64,000 nt of DNA from positions 32,001 to 96,000 of the forward strand of contig CAWFKQ010000008.1 of assembly GCA_963816395.1 (NCBI GenBank), in the 5' to 3' direction. The stretch comes from an uncultured delta proteobacterium. Its GTDB lineage: Bacteria; Desulfobacterota; Desulfuromonadia; Desulfuromonadales; JACZKF01. The position numbers and the translations under genes were made by a program. The notes beneath the pieces were generated by a model, which searched no databases, was not told the DNA's origin, and saw only the letters and a list, made by a program, of their open reading frames with translations. Shown in pieces: positions 51,696 through 64,000 of the stretch (the stretch's first letter is position 1; the number at the start of each line of letters is the position of its first letter).

Positions 51696-51802
51696 TTTCT
51701 TCCTGCCTATTCGGAGCGACCTGCCCCCGGCTTTCCCGCGGGTTGCCCCGTTCTATCGAAAGATTCTGTTTTTTCCAAATAAAAAAAGCTTGTGAGGTGG
51801 AG

Positions 51803-53128
51803 ATGAACATTAAAGTAGAAGATATCAGCAGCATCAAGAAAAAGCTTTCTTTCGAAATTGACGCCGAGCAGGTCGAAAAGGAATTCGAGAAGGCCTTCCA
51901 AAAGGTCGCCAAGACCGCCAAGGTAAAGGGATTCCGCCCGGGCAAAGTTCCCCGGCCGATTCTGGAGAAGTATTATGGCGCGCAGATGGAGCAGCAGGCT
52001 CTGGAGCGGCTGATCAACGACACCTATTTCAAGGCCCTGGTTGAACATCGCATCCCCGCCCTCTCCGATCCCGAGATAGTCGAGAACGGTTCCCTGGAAC
52101 GTGGCAAGCCGTTCAGCTATGAGGCGCAGGTGGAGGTGAAGCCGGAGATTGAGGTGAAGGATTACACCGGGCTTACCCTGCAGAAGGAGAAGTTCGTCAT
52201 CGAGGAAAAGGTGGTGGCAGATCGGTTGGAAGAACTGCGCCAGTCACGTGCCGAGTTGAAGGCCAGCAGCCGGGAGGACGCCCGGCAGGGCGACTTCGCC
52301 ATCATTGATTTCGAGGGCCGGGTGGCCGGAGAGCCTTTTGCCGGCGGCAAAGCCGAGGGGCACGTCCTGGAATTGGGCTCCGGCGCCTTTATCCCCGGTT
52401 TTGAGGAGCAGCTGACAGGAATGAAACGGGGGGAAGAGCGGGAGATCACCGTTACTTTCCCGGAGAATTATGGTAATAAGGAGCTGGCGGGGCAAGCCGG
52501 CTATCTTCCGCGTCGTCCTGCAGGAGATCAAGGAAAAGGTCCTGCCCGAGCTCAACGATGAATTCGCCCGGGAATTCGGCCTGGAAAACCTCGACCAGCT
52601 GCAGGAAAAAATCGCCGAGAGTTACCGTCAGCAGGAGACCAGCCGGATAAAAGGCGACCTGCGGGAGCGTCTGGTGAAAGCCCTGATCGAACGCAACCCA
52701 GTTGAAGTCCCGGAAACGATGGTGGCGGGGCAGCTCGATCACATGCTGGAGAACATTCGCCGGCGGCTGCAGTCGCAGGGGATGAGCCTGGAGATGCTCG
52801 GCATGACCGAGGAGTCCTTCCGGCCGATGTACCGGGATACCGCCGTGTCCCAGGTGCAGGGCGTCCTGCTCCTCGAGGCGATCGGCCGGCAGGAGGGGAT
52901 CAGGGTTGAGGGCCTGAGATCGATGATAAGACTCAAGGAAATCGCTGAGATGTCCAATGCCCCGCTGGAAGCGGTGAAGAAGATATTATGCGGCGCCGAG
53001 GCCCGCCGCGGACTGATGGCGCAGATCAGTGGAGGAGAAGGTCGTGCAATTTCTCCTGGAAAAGGCCGATGATAGAAGAGGTGGACAAGGCAGAATTGGC
53101 TGAGCCGGAGACAACAAGGAGGAGATGA
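51803..53128 (+). CDS. tig: Trigger factor (frameshifts near 52495 and in the 3' end)
   Basis: Ribosome-binding [12 protein letters not shown] domain [24 protein letters not shown]. Confidence 0.93.
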
Positions 53129-53132
53129 ATCC

Positions 53133-53717
53133 ATGAGTCTGATCCCCATGGTAGTCGAGCAGACGGGCCGCGGCGAACGCGCCTATGATATCTATTCCCG
53201 GCTGCTGAAGGACCGGATCATTTTTCTCGGCGGCGGCATCGACGATCATCTGGCCAATCTGATCATCGCCCAGATGCTTTTCCTGGAATCGGAAGACCCG
53301 GAGAAGGATATCTATCTTTACATCAACTCCCCTGGCGGGGTGGTTACCGCCGGTCTGGCCATCTATGATACCATGCAGTACCTGAAATCCCCGGTATCCA
53401 CCATCTGCGTCGGTCAGGCCGCCAGCATGGGAGCGGTCCTGCTGGCTGCCGGCGCCAAGGGGAAACGATTTGCCCTGCCCCATTCCCGGATCATGATCCA
53501 CCAGCCGCTGGGCGGTTTCCAGGGGCAGGCCCGCGACATCAATATCCATGCCCAGGAGATCCTGCGGATGCGCGAGACCCTGAACGAGATTCTGGCCGAT
53601 CACACCGGCCAGAAACTGGAACGGATCGCCGCCGATACCGAGCGGGATTTTTTCATGGGTGGCGAAGCCGCGAAAAAATATGGTATCGTTGATGATATAG
53701 TAAGAAGGAAAGGCTGA
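53133..53717 (+). CDS. clpP: ATP-dependent Clp protease proteolytic subunit
   Basis: [29 protein letters not shown]. Confidence 0.98.
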   Translation: MSLIPMVVEQTGRGERAYDIYSRLLKDRIIFLGGGIDDHLANLIIAQMLFLESEDPEKDIYLYINSPGGVVTAGLAIYDTMQYLKSPVSTICVGQAASMGAVLLAAGAKGKRFALPHSRIMIHQPLGGFQGQARDINIHAQEILRMRETLNEILADHTGQKLERIAADTERDFFMGGEAAKKYGIVDDIVRRKG

Positions 53718-53740
53718 CTTTCTCAGCACGGAGGGATTTC

Positions 53741-54990
<1,250 letters not shown>

Positions 54991-55035
54991 GACCATGGCA
55001 GGCCGCCGTCAAGGCGAAGTTATGCTGATCTCAAG

Positions 55036-57479
55036 ATGACCGATTCCATCAACGATAGAAGAACAGGAAAACCATCGGATACCGAGCTGTATCCCTCTTC
55101 TTCCCTTGCGGGATATCGTCATTTTCCCCTAATGGTGGCCCCTCTTTTCGTCGGCCGCCCGAAATCGATCCATGCCCTGGAAGGGGCCATGGAGAAAGAT
55201 AAGATCGTCTTTCTGGCCACCCAGAAAGATCCCAAGATCGATGAGCCCGAGGCGGAGGATATCTATGATGTCGGCACCCTCGGCCAGATCATCCAGATGC
55301 TGAAGCTGCCGGACGGCACCGTCAAGGTTCTGGTCGAGGGGAAGAGCCGAGGACGAATACAGGCCTTCGTCCGCCGGGAAGAGTGTATCTACGTCGAAAT
55401 CGAGGTGTTTCCCGACCCCGGGGCGATCGCCTCCTCCGAGGCGGAGGCGCTCATGCGCAGCGTCAAGGATGCCTTCGAAACCTACGTCAACCTGAGCAAG
55501 AAGGTGCCGCCGGAGATGGTCTCCTCCCTCAGCGGCATCGACCGAGCGGGCGTCTGGCCGATACCATCATCGCCCATCTGAACGTCCGGATCTCCGAAAA
55601 GCAGGAGATCCTGGCCCTGCTCGAACCCCCGAGCGACTCGAGAATCTCCTGTCGATGATGGAGCGGGAGGTCGAGATCCTGCAGATCGAGAAGAAGATCC
55701 GCAGCCGGGTCAAGAGCCAGATGGAGCGGAGCCAGAAGGAGTACTACCTCAACGAGCAGATGCGGGCGATCCAGAAGGAACTCGGGGAAAAGGACGAGTT
55801 CAAGCAGGAGATCCGTGAACTGGAGGAAAAGATCCAGAAGAAGCGGATGTCCAAGGAGGCCACCGAAAAGGCGATGGGGGAACTGCGCAAGCTGAAGATG
55901 ATGTCTCCCATGTCGGCCGAGGCGACGGTGGTGCGCAATTACGTCGACTGGCTGGTTTCCCTTCCCTGGAAGAGCGGGACCCGGGACCGCCTGGATATCG
56001 AGCATGCCGAGGAGATCCTCGAAGCGGACCATTACGGCCTGGAGAAGGTCAAGGAGCGAATTCTCGAGTACCTGGCCGTACAGGCCCTGGTCAAAAAGAT
56101 CAAGGGGCCGATTCTCTGCCTGGTCGGGCCGCCGGGAGTCGGCAAGACCTCCCTGGGCCGATCGGTCGCCAGGGCGATGGGGCGCAAATTCGTCCGGATT
56201 TCCCTGGGCGGCATGCGGGATGAGGCGGAGATCCGCGGGCACCGGCGTACCTACATCGGCGCCATGCCGGGCAAGATCATTCCAGCCTGCGCAAGGCGGG
56301 GGTGAAGAATCCGGTCTTTCTGCTCGACGAGATCGACAAAATGAGCACTGATTTCCGGGGCGATCCCTCCTCGGCGCTTCTGGAGGTGCTGGATCCGGAG
56401 CAGAACAGCACCTTTGGCGATCATTTCCTCGATGTCGACTACGATCTCTCCAACGTTCTGTTCATCGCTACCGCCAATACCTCTTCTCCATTCCCCGCCC
56501 GCTGCAGGACCGGATGGAAGTCATCCGCATCGAGGGATATACCGAAGAGGAGAAGCTCAATATCGCCAAGCGCTATCTGTTGCCGAAGCAGCTGGAGGCG
56601 CACGGCTTGCCGCTGACCAGGTGCATTTTTCCGATTCGGCCATCTATGAGGTCATCCGCCGTTATACCCGGGAGGCCGGGGTGCGGAATCTGGAGCGGGA
56701 AATTGCCAATGTCCTGCGCAAGATCGCCCGGGAGATGGTCAAATCCAAGGAAAAAGGCGCCGCTTTACCGTCAGTGCCCAGCAGGTCAAGAAATACCTGG
56801 GCGTTCCCCGCTACAGTTACGGCATCAAGGAGGAGGAGAACCGGATCGGCCTGGCTACCGGTCTGGCCTGGACGGAGGTGGGCGGTGAATTGCTGACCAT
56901 CGAAACGACCGTTCTGCCCGGGCAGGGGAAGTTGACCGTCACCGGCAAGCTGGGGGATGTCATGCGGGAGTCGGCCCAGGCGGCCATGAGCTATGTTCGT
57001 TCGCGCTGGCGGGAACTCGGGCTGGAGAAGGATTTCTACCAAAGCTGGACATCCATATCCATGTGCCGGAAGGAGCCATCCCCAAGGATGGGCCTTCCGC
57101 CGGCATCACCATGGCCGCCGCCCTGGCTTCGGCCTTGACCGGGCGGCCGGTGGATCGCGACCTCGCCATGACCGGAGAGATCACTCTGCGTGGCCGGGTG
57201 CTGCCCATCGGCGGACTGAAGGAGAAGCTTCTGGCGGCCAGGCGGGCGGGAATTACCCGGGTGCTGATCCCCAAGGAAAATGAGAAGAACCTGGAAGATG
57301 TGCCGCCGCAGATCCTGCGCTCCCTGGAAATCATTCCGGTGGATCACATGGATCAGGTTCTGACGGAAGCGCTGGTGGAAGCCGTCATCTCCGCCGCCGG
57401 TGAAGGAACGAGCCGAACTTGTCTCCGGCGACCGGAGAACCGCTTCATCACTAGGTTTTGCAGCGAAATATTCTCTTGA
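55036..57479 (+). CDS. lon: Lon protease (multiple frameshifts)
   Basis: [45 protein letters not shown]. Confidence 0.95.
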
Positions 57480-57505
57480 CACTCTTTTTGGAAGTCTGAT
57501 ATAAG
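57476..57505 (+). promoter_or_regulatory. Putative sigma70 promoter of hup
   Basis: TTGACA-N18-TATAAG with an extended -10 TG. Confidence 0.4.
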
Positions 57506-57555
57506 TATCGCGGTTTCAGCAAGGATTTAATCATTCCTAATCGTGGAGGTATGTT

Positions 57556-57824
57556 GTGACAAAAGCCGATCTTGTGAATGCGATGGCGGAGAAGGCGGGA
57601 CTGAGCAAGACCGATGCGGAAAAGGCTCTCAAGGCTTTTACCGATGCGTGACGGATGCTCTGAAAGCTGGTGAAAAGGTGGCCTTGGTCGGGTTTGGCAC
57701 CTTCAGCGTCGGTGAGCGTGCTGCCCGGACCGGCAGAATCCTCAGACCGGGGCGAAAATCAACATTGCTGCCTCCAAGTCCCAAGTTCAAAGCTGGCAAA
57801 GCTCTGAAGGACGCCGTCCAGTAG
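57556..57824 (+). CDS. hup: DNA-binding protein HU (frameshifted)
   Basis: VTKADLVNAMAEKAGLSKTDAEKAL..., GEKVALVGFGTFSV, PKFKAGKALKDAV. Confidence 0.92.
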
Positions 57825-57943
57825 ATCAGCCGCTGGCCGCCAGAAAGCAGGCGGCCAGTTGGAAAATCAGAAGAGGAAACAGAAAATAGCGCTTCCTACA
57901 TTCTCGCCATCGCCTATTTCTGTTTCCTTTTTCTGTCCCATGC

Positions 57944-58020
57944 GGGGCTGTAGTAGAGTCGGTTACAACGCCGGCCTGTCACGCCGGAGGTCGCGGGTTC
58001 AAGTCCCGTCAGCCCCGCCA
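57944..58020 (+). tRNA. tRNA-Asp (GTC)
   Basis: CCGGC-CTGTCAC-GCCGG; acceptor GGGGCTG/CAGCCCC; CCA. Confidence 0.93.
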
Positions 58021-58028
58021 TTTATTCC

Positions 58029-58104
58029 GGGCGAATAGCTCAGCTGGGAGAGCATCGGCCTTACAAGCCGAGGGTCACAGGTTCGAGCCCTGTTTCGCCC
58101 ACCA
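58029..58104 (+). tRNA. tRNA-Val (TAC)
   Basis: TCGGC-CTTACAA-GCCGA; CCA. Confidence 0.95.
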
Positions 58105-58144
58105 ACGACAAGGGCGAGGACGCCCTGATCAGACATAGCAATCC

Positions 58145-58221
58145 GGGGCTGTAGTAGAGTCGGTTACAACGCCGGCCTGTCACGCCGGAGGTCGCGGGTT
58201 CGAGTCCCGTCAGCCCCGCCA
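58145..58221 (+). tRNA. tRNA-Asp (GTC), second copy
   Basis: Same as the first copy except for one T-loop base (A to G). Confidence 0.93.
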
Positions 58222-58228
58222 GATCTAT

Positions 58229-58260
58229 AAGGGCGCTACCTACAAGTGGCGCCCTTTCTT
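58229..58260 (+). terminator. Intrinsic terminator after the tRNA operon
   Basis: AAGGGCGCTAC-CTACAA-GTGGCGCCCTT-TCTT. Confidence 0.65.
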
Positions 58261-58432
58261 ATCGATCGGCAATCGTCCTTGACTTCCCGCCGGCCCCTTC
58301 CTTATCATGAACCCCGATCCGCTGTAAGATTCGAACGTTTATGGCGAAAGTTCGCCTCTGGTGCCAGCGGAGGGTCGGCTGGCTTCCTTTCTTTTTTGTT
58401 GAATTTTTCTTAATGTGATATAAATAATACTC

Positions 58433-59646
58433 ATGCCTCACTTTCAATGTAAAATCGGCACTTCCGATGGTCGGGTGATAGAGAGGGAATTTGATGCCGC
58501 CAGCCGAGAACTGCTTAGGGAGAGACTGGAGGAGCAGGGCTTTTCCATTTTTCACATCAGCCGCCGCCCTTTTCAGTTTCCAGGGGGGGCGGCAACCTCC
58601 GCGGACGCCAGAACAGTCGCCGTTTCCTTTCTTTCAACCAGGAACTCCTGGTTCTGCTCCGTTCCGGACTGCCCATTCTTAAGATCCTCGAAACTCTGTT
58701 GGAGCGGATGGAACCGGGACGGATGCTCGAGGTCCTGAGTGAGATTCGGGAGGATGTCAAGGGTGGCAGCGCCCTCTCCGAGGCGTTCGGGAAATTTCCC
58801 CAATCTGTTTCCTCACCTGTATGTGGCCTCCCTCAACGGCCGGGGAGCGCACCGGCGATCTGCCGGTTACCCTGGCGCGGTTCATCGCTTATCAGAAGCG
58901 GATGGAAGTGATCAAGGCCAAGGTGCGCAGCGCCTCCTTTTATCCCATACTGCTGACGGTCGCAGTGGTCGGAGTCGTGCTTTTTCTCCTCCTATACGTT
59001 ATTCCCACCTTTACTCAAATCTATGCCGATGCCAAGGTCGATCTGCCATTTGCCACCCGGGTCCTGATCTGGACCGCCGAGGGGCTGACGCGGTGGTTGC
59101 CCTTTCTGCTGCCGGTACTGATCGGAGGGGTCCTGGCCGTGCGGACCTTTCTCCTCACAGAAAGGGGCGGTTTGCTGTACGATCGGTTGAAAGTGAAACT
59201 TCCTTTTTTCGGTGCCCTGCAGGTGGAATATGCCCTGACCGGATTTTCCCGTACCCTGAGTACTATCCTGGCGAGCGGCATTCCCCTTGTTCCAGGCCAT
59301 GCAGATGTCGCGGGGAACTCTCAATAACCGCATTCTGGAAGGGAAGGTTGCGCAGGCCGATGCGGCGGGTGGAAGAGGGATCGACTATTTCCGGTGCCTT
59401 GGAGCAGACCGGGTTTTTCCCCCTGATTGCCCTGCGCATGATCGGGGTCGGGGAGACCACCGGTGCCTTGAGCGACATGCTGGGCGAGGTGGCGGAATAT
59501 TATGAGGCGGAAGTGGAGCGGCGGCTGGAGCGGCTGACGATTTGATTGAGCCGCTGATGATGGTGGGAATGGGCTTGCTGGTCGGTGGCATCGTGGTGTC
59601 CATGTATATCCCTATTTTTCAGTTGGCCGGGACGGCCACGAGGTGA
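58433..59646 (+). CDS. Type II secretion / pilus platform protein, GspF/PilC family (frameshifted)
   Basis: FNQELLVLLRSGLPIL, GERTGDL, ASFYPILL, MIGVGETTGAL, MYIPIFQL. Confidence 0.9.
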
Positions 59647-59653
59647 TCGGCGC

Positions 59654-61392
59654 ATGCAGCCTGCAATGAGTTTCGAGCGCAAACGGATCGGCGAGATTTT
59701 GGTTGAGATGGGGGTCATTACCCCGGCCGAGGTCGATCTGATCCTGGCGCAGATGGCGACCCAGGGAAAGCGGTTCGGCGAAACGGGTGACTCACGGCTT
59801 TTTCGCCGAAGAGTCCTGGCGCAGGCTCTGGCCCGCCGGTTTCAGCTTGAGTATATCGATCTGGACCATTTCGACCCCGATCCGGAACTGATGCTTCCCT
59901 GCCGGCCGGTCTGCCGCTGCGGTTCAATTTTCTCCCCATCCGCCGGGAAGATGACGGCCTGGTGATCGCCACTGCCGACCCCACCGATCTGACCAGCCTG
60001 GATGAACTCGAGCTGCTTCTGGCCGCCCCGCTCATCCTGTGCCTGGCGGCCGAGGGAAGATCGTCCGCCTGCTGGAGCGGGCGGAAGGCTCGAAGCGGGT
60101 CCTCAAGGAGGTCTCCGAAGATTTCAAGCTGCAGCTGGTGAAGGAGACGGACAAGGGAGAGGAAGTACTCTCCATCGAGAAACTTACCGCCGATACCAGC
60201 CCCGTCATCCGCCTGATCGATTCCACTCTGTTCGATGCCCTGAAAAAACGTGCAAGCGACATCCACATCGAATCGAGTCAGAACGGGGTGCTGATCAAGT
60301 ACCGCATCGATGGCGTCCTTTACCGGGCGACCGAACCCCTCGACAGCCGCTTTCAGGGGCCGATCATCTCCCGCCTCAAGGTCATGAGCGAACTGGATAT
60401 TTCCGAGCGGCGGATTCCCCAGGATGGGCGTTTCAAGGTCCGCATGGGAGGCAAGTCGATCGACTTCCGCGTCTCCATCATGCCGAGCAGTTACGGTGAG
60501 GATGCTGTCATCCGTATCCTGGACAAAGAGAGCATTGCCGCCGATCTCAAGGGGCTGACACTGGAGGCCCTTGGCTTTACCGAACGGGAGAGTGGTCGAC
60601 TGCGCCGCATGATCCGCGAGCCTTACGGCATGATTCTCGTTACCGGTCCGACCGGCAGCGGCAAAACCACCACCCTCTATGCCGCCCTTTCGGAGATCAA
60701 CAGCGAGGAGGAAAAGATCATTACCATCGAGGACCCGGTCGAATACCAGGTCAGGGGAGTGGTACAGATCCCGGTCAATGAAAAGAAGGGTCTGACCTTT
60801 GCCCGCGGCCTGCGCTCCATTCTTCGCCACGATCCGGACAAGATCATGGTCGGCGAGATCCGCGACCCGGAAACGGCGCAGATTGCCGTCCAGTCGGCCT
60901 TGACCGGGCATCTGGTGTTCACCACCGTACATGCCAACAACGTGTTCGACGTCCTCGGGCGTTTCCTGCACATGGGACTCGATCCTATAATTTTGTTTCC
61001 TGTCTGAACTGCGTGCTGGCCCAGCGCCTGGTGCGCAAGATCTGTCCGCACTGCAAACGCCCGGTGCAGTATGACCGCCCGATCCTGGAGGAAGCCGGTC
61101 TCGACTGGCACCGTTACCGGGAATTTGACTTTCCACGAAGGGAGCGGCTGCCAGGAGTGCCACGGCATGGGCTATTTCGGTCGCAGCGCCATCATCGAAT
61201 TGCTCGATCTCAACGATGCGTTACGCGAGCTGATCGTCACGCCGGGCGCCGGTTTCCCAGCTGAAAAAAGCGGCCGTTCAGGCAGGGACGGTGTTTCTGC
61301 GCGAGGCGGCCCTGGAGAAGGTCTTTTCCGGGCAGACCACACTGAAGGAAATCAATCGCGTGACATTTGTCGAACAGGTGGAAAACCCGTGA
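59654..61392 (+). CDS. Secretion ATPase, GspE/PilB family (frameshifted)
   Basis: [56 protein letters not shown]...CQECHG. Confidence 0.93.
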
Positions 61393-62313
61393 TCATTCGC
61401 AATTATCTCGGCCTCGATGTCACCGCCGACGAACTTGCGGGCGGTGTTCTGCGGCGAAAAGGGCGCGCGCGCCGCATGACCGGCGGACGCGTTCTGCCGC
61501 TGAAACCGGGGACGCTGCTTCCCGCCATGCGGGAGCCGAATATCACTGGAGCCGCAGAGCTTCATCGAAGCGGTCCAAAGGTACTCGATCCCCTGGCCGG
61601 CGCGGGAGGACCGTGTCGCTCTTTCGTTGCCGGAATACAGCCGGGAGGCTCCTGCTGACGGAGGTGGAGTCGGCGTTCAAGTCCCGGGCCGAAGGGTTGG
61701 AAATTCTCAAATGGCAGCTCAGGAACAGCCTGCCGGTCGATGCCCCAGGAAGTCCGCCTCGACTATCAGGTCATGGAAAAGGGCGAGAACGGCCGGCCTG
61801 CGCCTGGTGGTGGCGATGATGGCGGAGAAAGTTCTGCAGCAATATGAAGAAGTGCTGTCCACGGCCGGCTACAAAGCGGCCATGATCGATTTCCACTGCC
61901 TGAACGTTTACAACTATTATCGTCCGCGGCTCGATCCGGAGGAGGGTTTCATTCTCCTGGGGATCGAGAAGGGAGCGCTCAGCCTGCAGTATTTCCAGGC
62001 GGGGATCGCCTGGCCTTCCACCGTGTCCCGGGAAGTGGAGCCGGATGCCGGAGAAAATATTCCAGGAACTCAGTCGGTCCCTGGTCAGCTGCCAGGAGAA
62101 ATTCCCGGCTTTCCGCGGGCAGCGGTCTATCTGCACAGCGATTGGGAGGAACCGGACGTACTTCTCGAAGCGGCTGCGTTCGGCATTTCGAGCGGGAAGT
62201 GACGGCACTTCATCCGCACCTGGAAGACCTGGTGTGCCATCGGCGCTCAGTTCCCCACCGGCGAGCTCCGGGGGATGGTGGCGGCGGTCGGTGCCGCCGA
62301 ACGGATGATGTGA
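61389..62313 (+). CDS. PilM/GspL-like cytoplasmic alignment protein (frameshifted)
   Basis: NYLGLDVTA..., position after the ATPase, VLQQYEEVLSTAG. Confidence 0.7.
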
Positions 62314-62321
62314 AGATCGGC

Positions 62322-62892
62322 ATGAAATTGCAGTTGAATCTGGCCAGCCGTTCTTATGTCAACCGCCGCGGCGCTTTATCCTTTTTACGGGTTTAGAGCG
62401 GAATGCTGCTGCTCCTGCTGCTCTTCAATATTTACTTTGTCTGTTGCGTTTGCGGGAGCATCGGCGAGTCAATCGACTGGCATCTGGCGGAACTGGAGCG
62501 GAAACTGGGGCGGGAGCGGCCAGCGTGGCATCGACCGGGAAGTCGGACCGGAGGAATTGAAGCGGCAGCGGCAGGAAGTCGCATTGGCCAACGAGATCCT
62601 GACCCGCGAAGGCTTTCGCTGGACGGCGCTGCTGGGCCGTCTGGAAGAGGTCGCGGTCGATGGCGTCACGCATCCGGTCCCTGCAGCCGAATTTCAAGGA
62701 AAATTCCGTGCAGCTGGCCGGCAGTCGCCCGCGGTGTGCGGCAAATTGCGAAAGTTCATCGATCGGCTGATGGCCGCTCCGTCTATTTCTGAGGTTTATC
62801 TGCTCAGCCAGGGCTCGCTCACGGTCAAGGATAATCTTGGCGGGGAACACCAGGCCATCGCCTTCTCCCTCCTCCTGAAAGGGGTGTTCTGA
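62322..62892 (+). CDS. PilN-like protein (frameshifted)
   Basis: MKLQLNLASRSYVNRR, TM segment, FRWTALLGRLEEV. Confidence 0.7.
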
Positions 62893-63452
62893 ATGGCCGA
62901 GCGCCTGATTTTTGCCGTCTGGCGCGCCAGCCGGGTATGGCCCCTGCTCTCGGTGATCCTGCTGGCCCAATGTCGGTCTGTACGCCTGGATCACCTATGG
63001 CCTTTCCCCCCAGGTGACTGCCCTCGAGCGCCGCTTATATCGAAGCGAAGTGCGGGTTCGGCAAGCGCAGGGAAAGGCGCAAACCTGCCTCCCCCGCAGG
63101 AATTTGCGCAGGCCAGGGCTGACCTGGAAACCTTCCGTCAGGCGATTCCCGGGCGGAGCGATTTTTCCGGCCTGATCGAGAGGTCTTTACCCTGGCGGAA
63201 AAGGCCGGGTTAGGCATCGATCGTATCAGCTACAATCCTAAGATGTGGCCGAGGGGGATCTGCTGCGCTATACCCTGAATTTTCCGTCGGCGGGGATTAC
63301 GGCCAGGTCAAGAGATTCATCGCTTCTCTCGAACAGTCTCCCCGGATCATCGCCATCGAAGAGATTTCCCTCTCCGGCGGTGAACGGCAAGGACGGGGAA
63401 ACGGTGGGTCTGCATATTCGTCTGTCGACTTATTTCAGTCGGATTTTCATGA
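62893..63452 (+). CDS. PilO/GspM-like protein (frameshifted)
   Basis: N-terminal TM; ...GDYGQVKRFIASLEQSPRIIAIEEISL..., LHIRLSTYF. Confidence 0.7.
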
Positions 63453-64000
63453 AAAGGAAGCGGCTGCTGATCATTCTGCTCGGGCTGCTGACACGTTCCC
63501 TGGGTTACGCTGTCTGGAGTATCCCGCGTCAGCAGAGGGTGACGCGAAGCGGCCGCCGGCAGCGCCGGGTACGGGCCGGACGGCTCGGAAAGCGCAGGGA
63601 GGGGACGGATGCCAGCGCCCTCGGTCCGGCCAAGGACGATCTGCGGGTACATCTGCAACTGCTGGAGCGGGAAGAAGGAGAAGAGTCTCCGCTCGCCGCC
63701 GGGACCTGTTTGCGCCGTTTTTACGTCAAGCGGCCTCCCCTGCCGCCGTCCCCGCCGCCCCCCGGTACCGCCGCCGATGTCGCGGCGCCGCCGGCAGCGC
63801 GAGGTGACGTCCGCCGCCGCCTCCGCCATTGCCCGCCTGGCGCGTTTCAATTTCCTCGGTTTTCTCCAGAAGGAAGTGGAAAGACGGTTTTCCTTTCCTC
63901 GGGCAGAGGAGATCTTCGTGGTGAAAAAAGGGGACCGCTTCGGTCAGAACGGCAGTTCGGATCACCGAAATGACCCCGCAGAGGCGTGATCGTCCTGCAG
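63449..64000 (+). CDS. PilP/GspC-like protein, Pro-rich (frameshifted, runs off the window)
   Basis: N-terminal TM, poly-Pro linker, LARFNFLGFLQK...EIFVVKKGDRFG. Confidence 0.65.

Overview
GC-rich chromosomal window, most likely from a Desulfuromonadales deltaproteobacterium (Desulfuromonas/Geobacter-like). This is inferred from gene content and from the tig-clpP-clpX-lon plus pul-type secretion gene order. The sequence has many 1-bp indels that break even housekeeping genes (tig, clpX, lon, hup). These look like uncorrected long-read errors, so split genes are reported as single reconstructed CDSs with approximate limits. Left part: the 5' end of a Tat-exported formate dehydrogenase alpha subunit, a divergent sigma54 regulator / periplasmic binding protein / histidine kinase trio, a USP, and a sigma54-driven oxalate/formate-antiporter-family MFS with an in-frame Cys-rich N-terminal module. 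Middle part: kup, a DMT, an oxidoreductase-TolC-MFP-RND-NhaP run, a tandem ferritin-like protein, a general-stress-type membrane trio, a group 1f-like [NiFe] hydrogenase, a TraF-family barrel, a DUF748 protein, degP/degQ and a compact class II ribonucleotide reductase. Right part: a sigma54-driven locus of two exported rhodanese proteins followed by a chemoreceptor (the best candidate for an undescribed system, possibly sulfane-sulfur/polysulfide sensing), a CYP152 peroxygenase, 7 tRNAs, tig-clpP-clpX-lon-hup and the start of a type II secretion / pilus-like cluster. No CRISPR array, prophage, integrase or transposase was seen.
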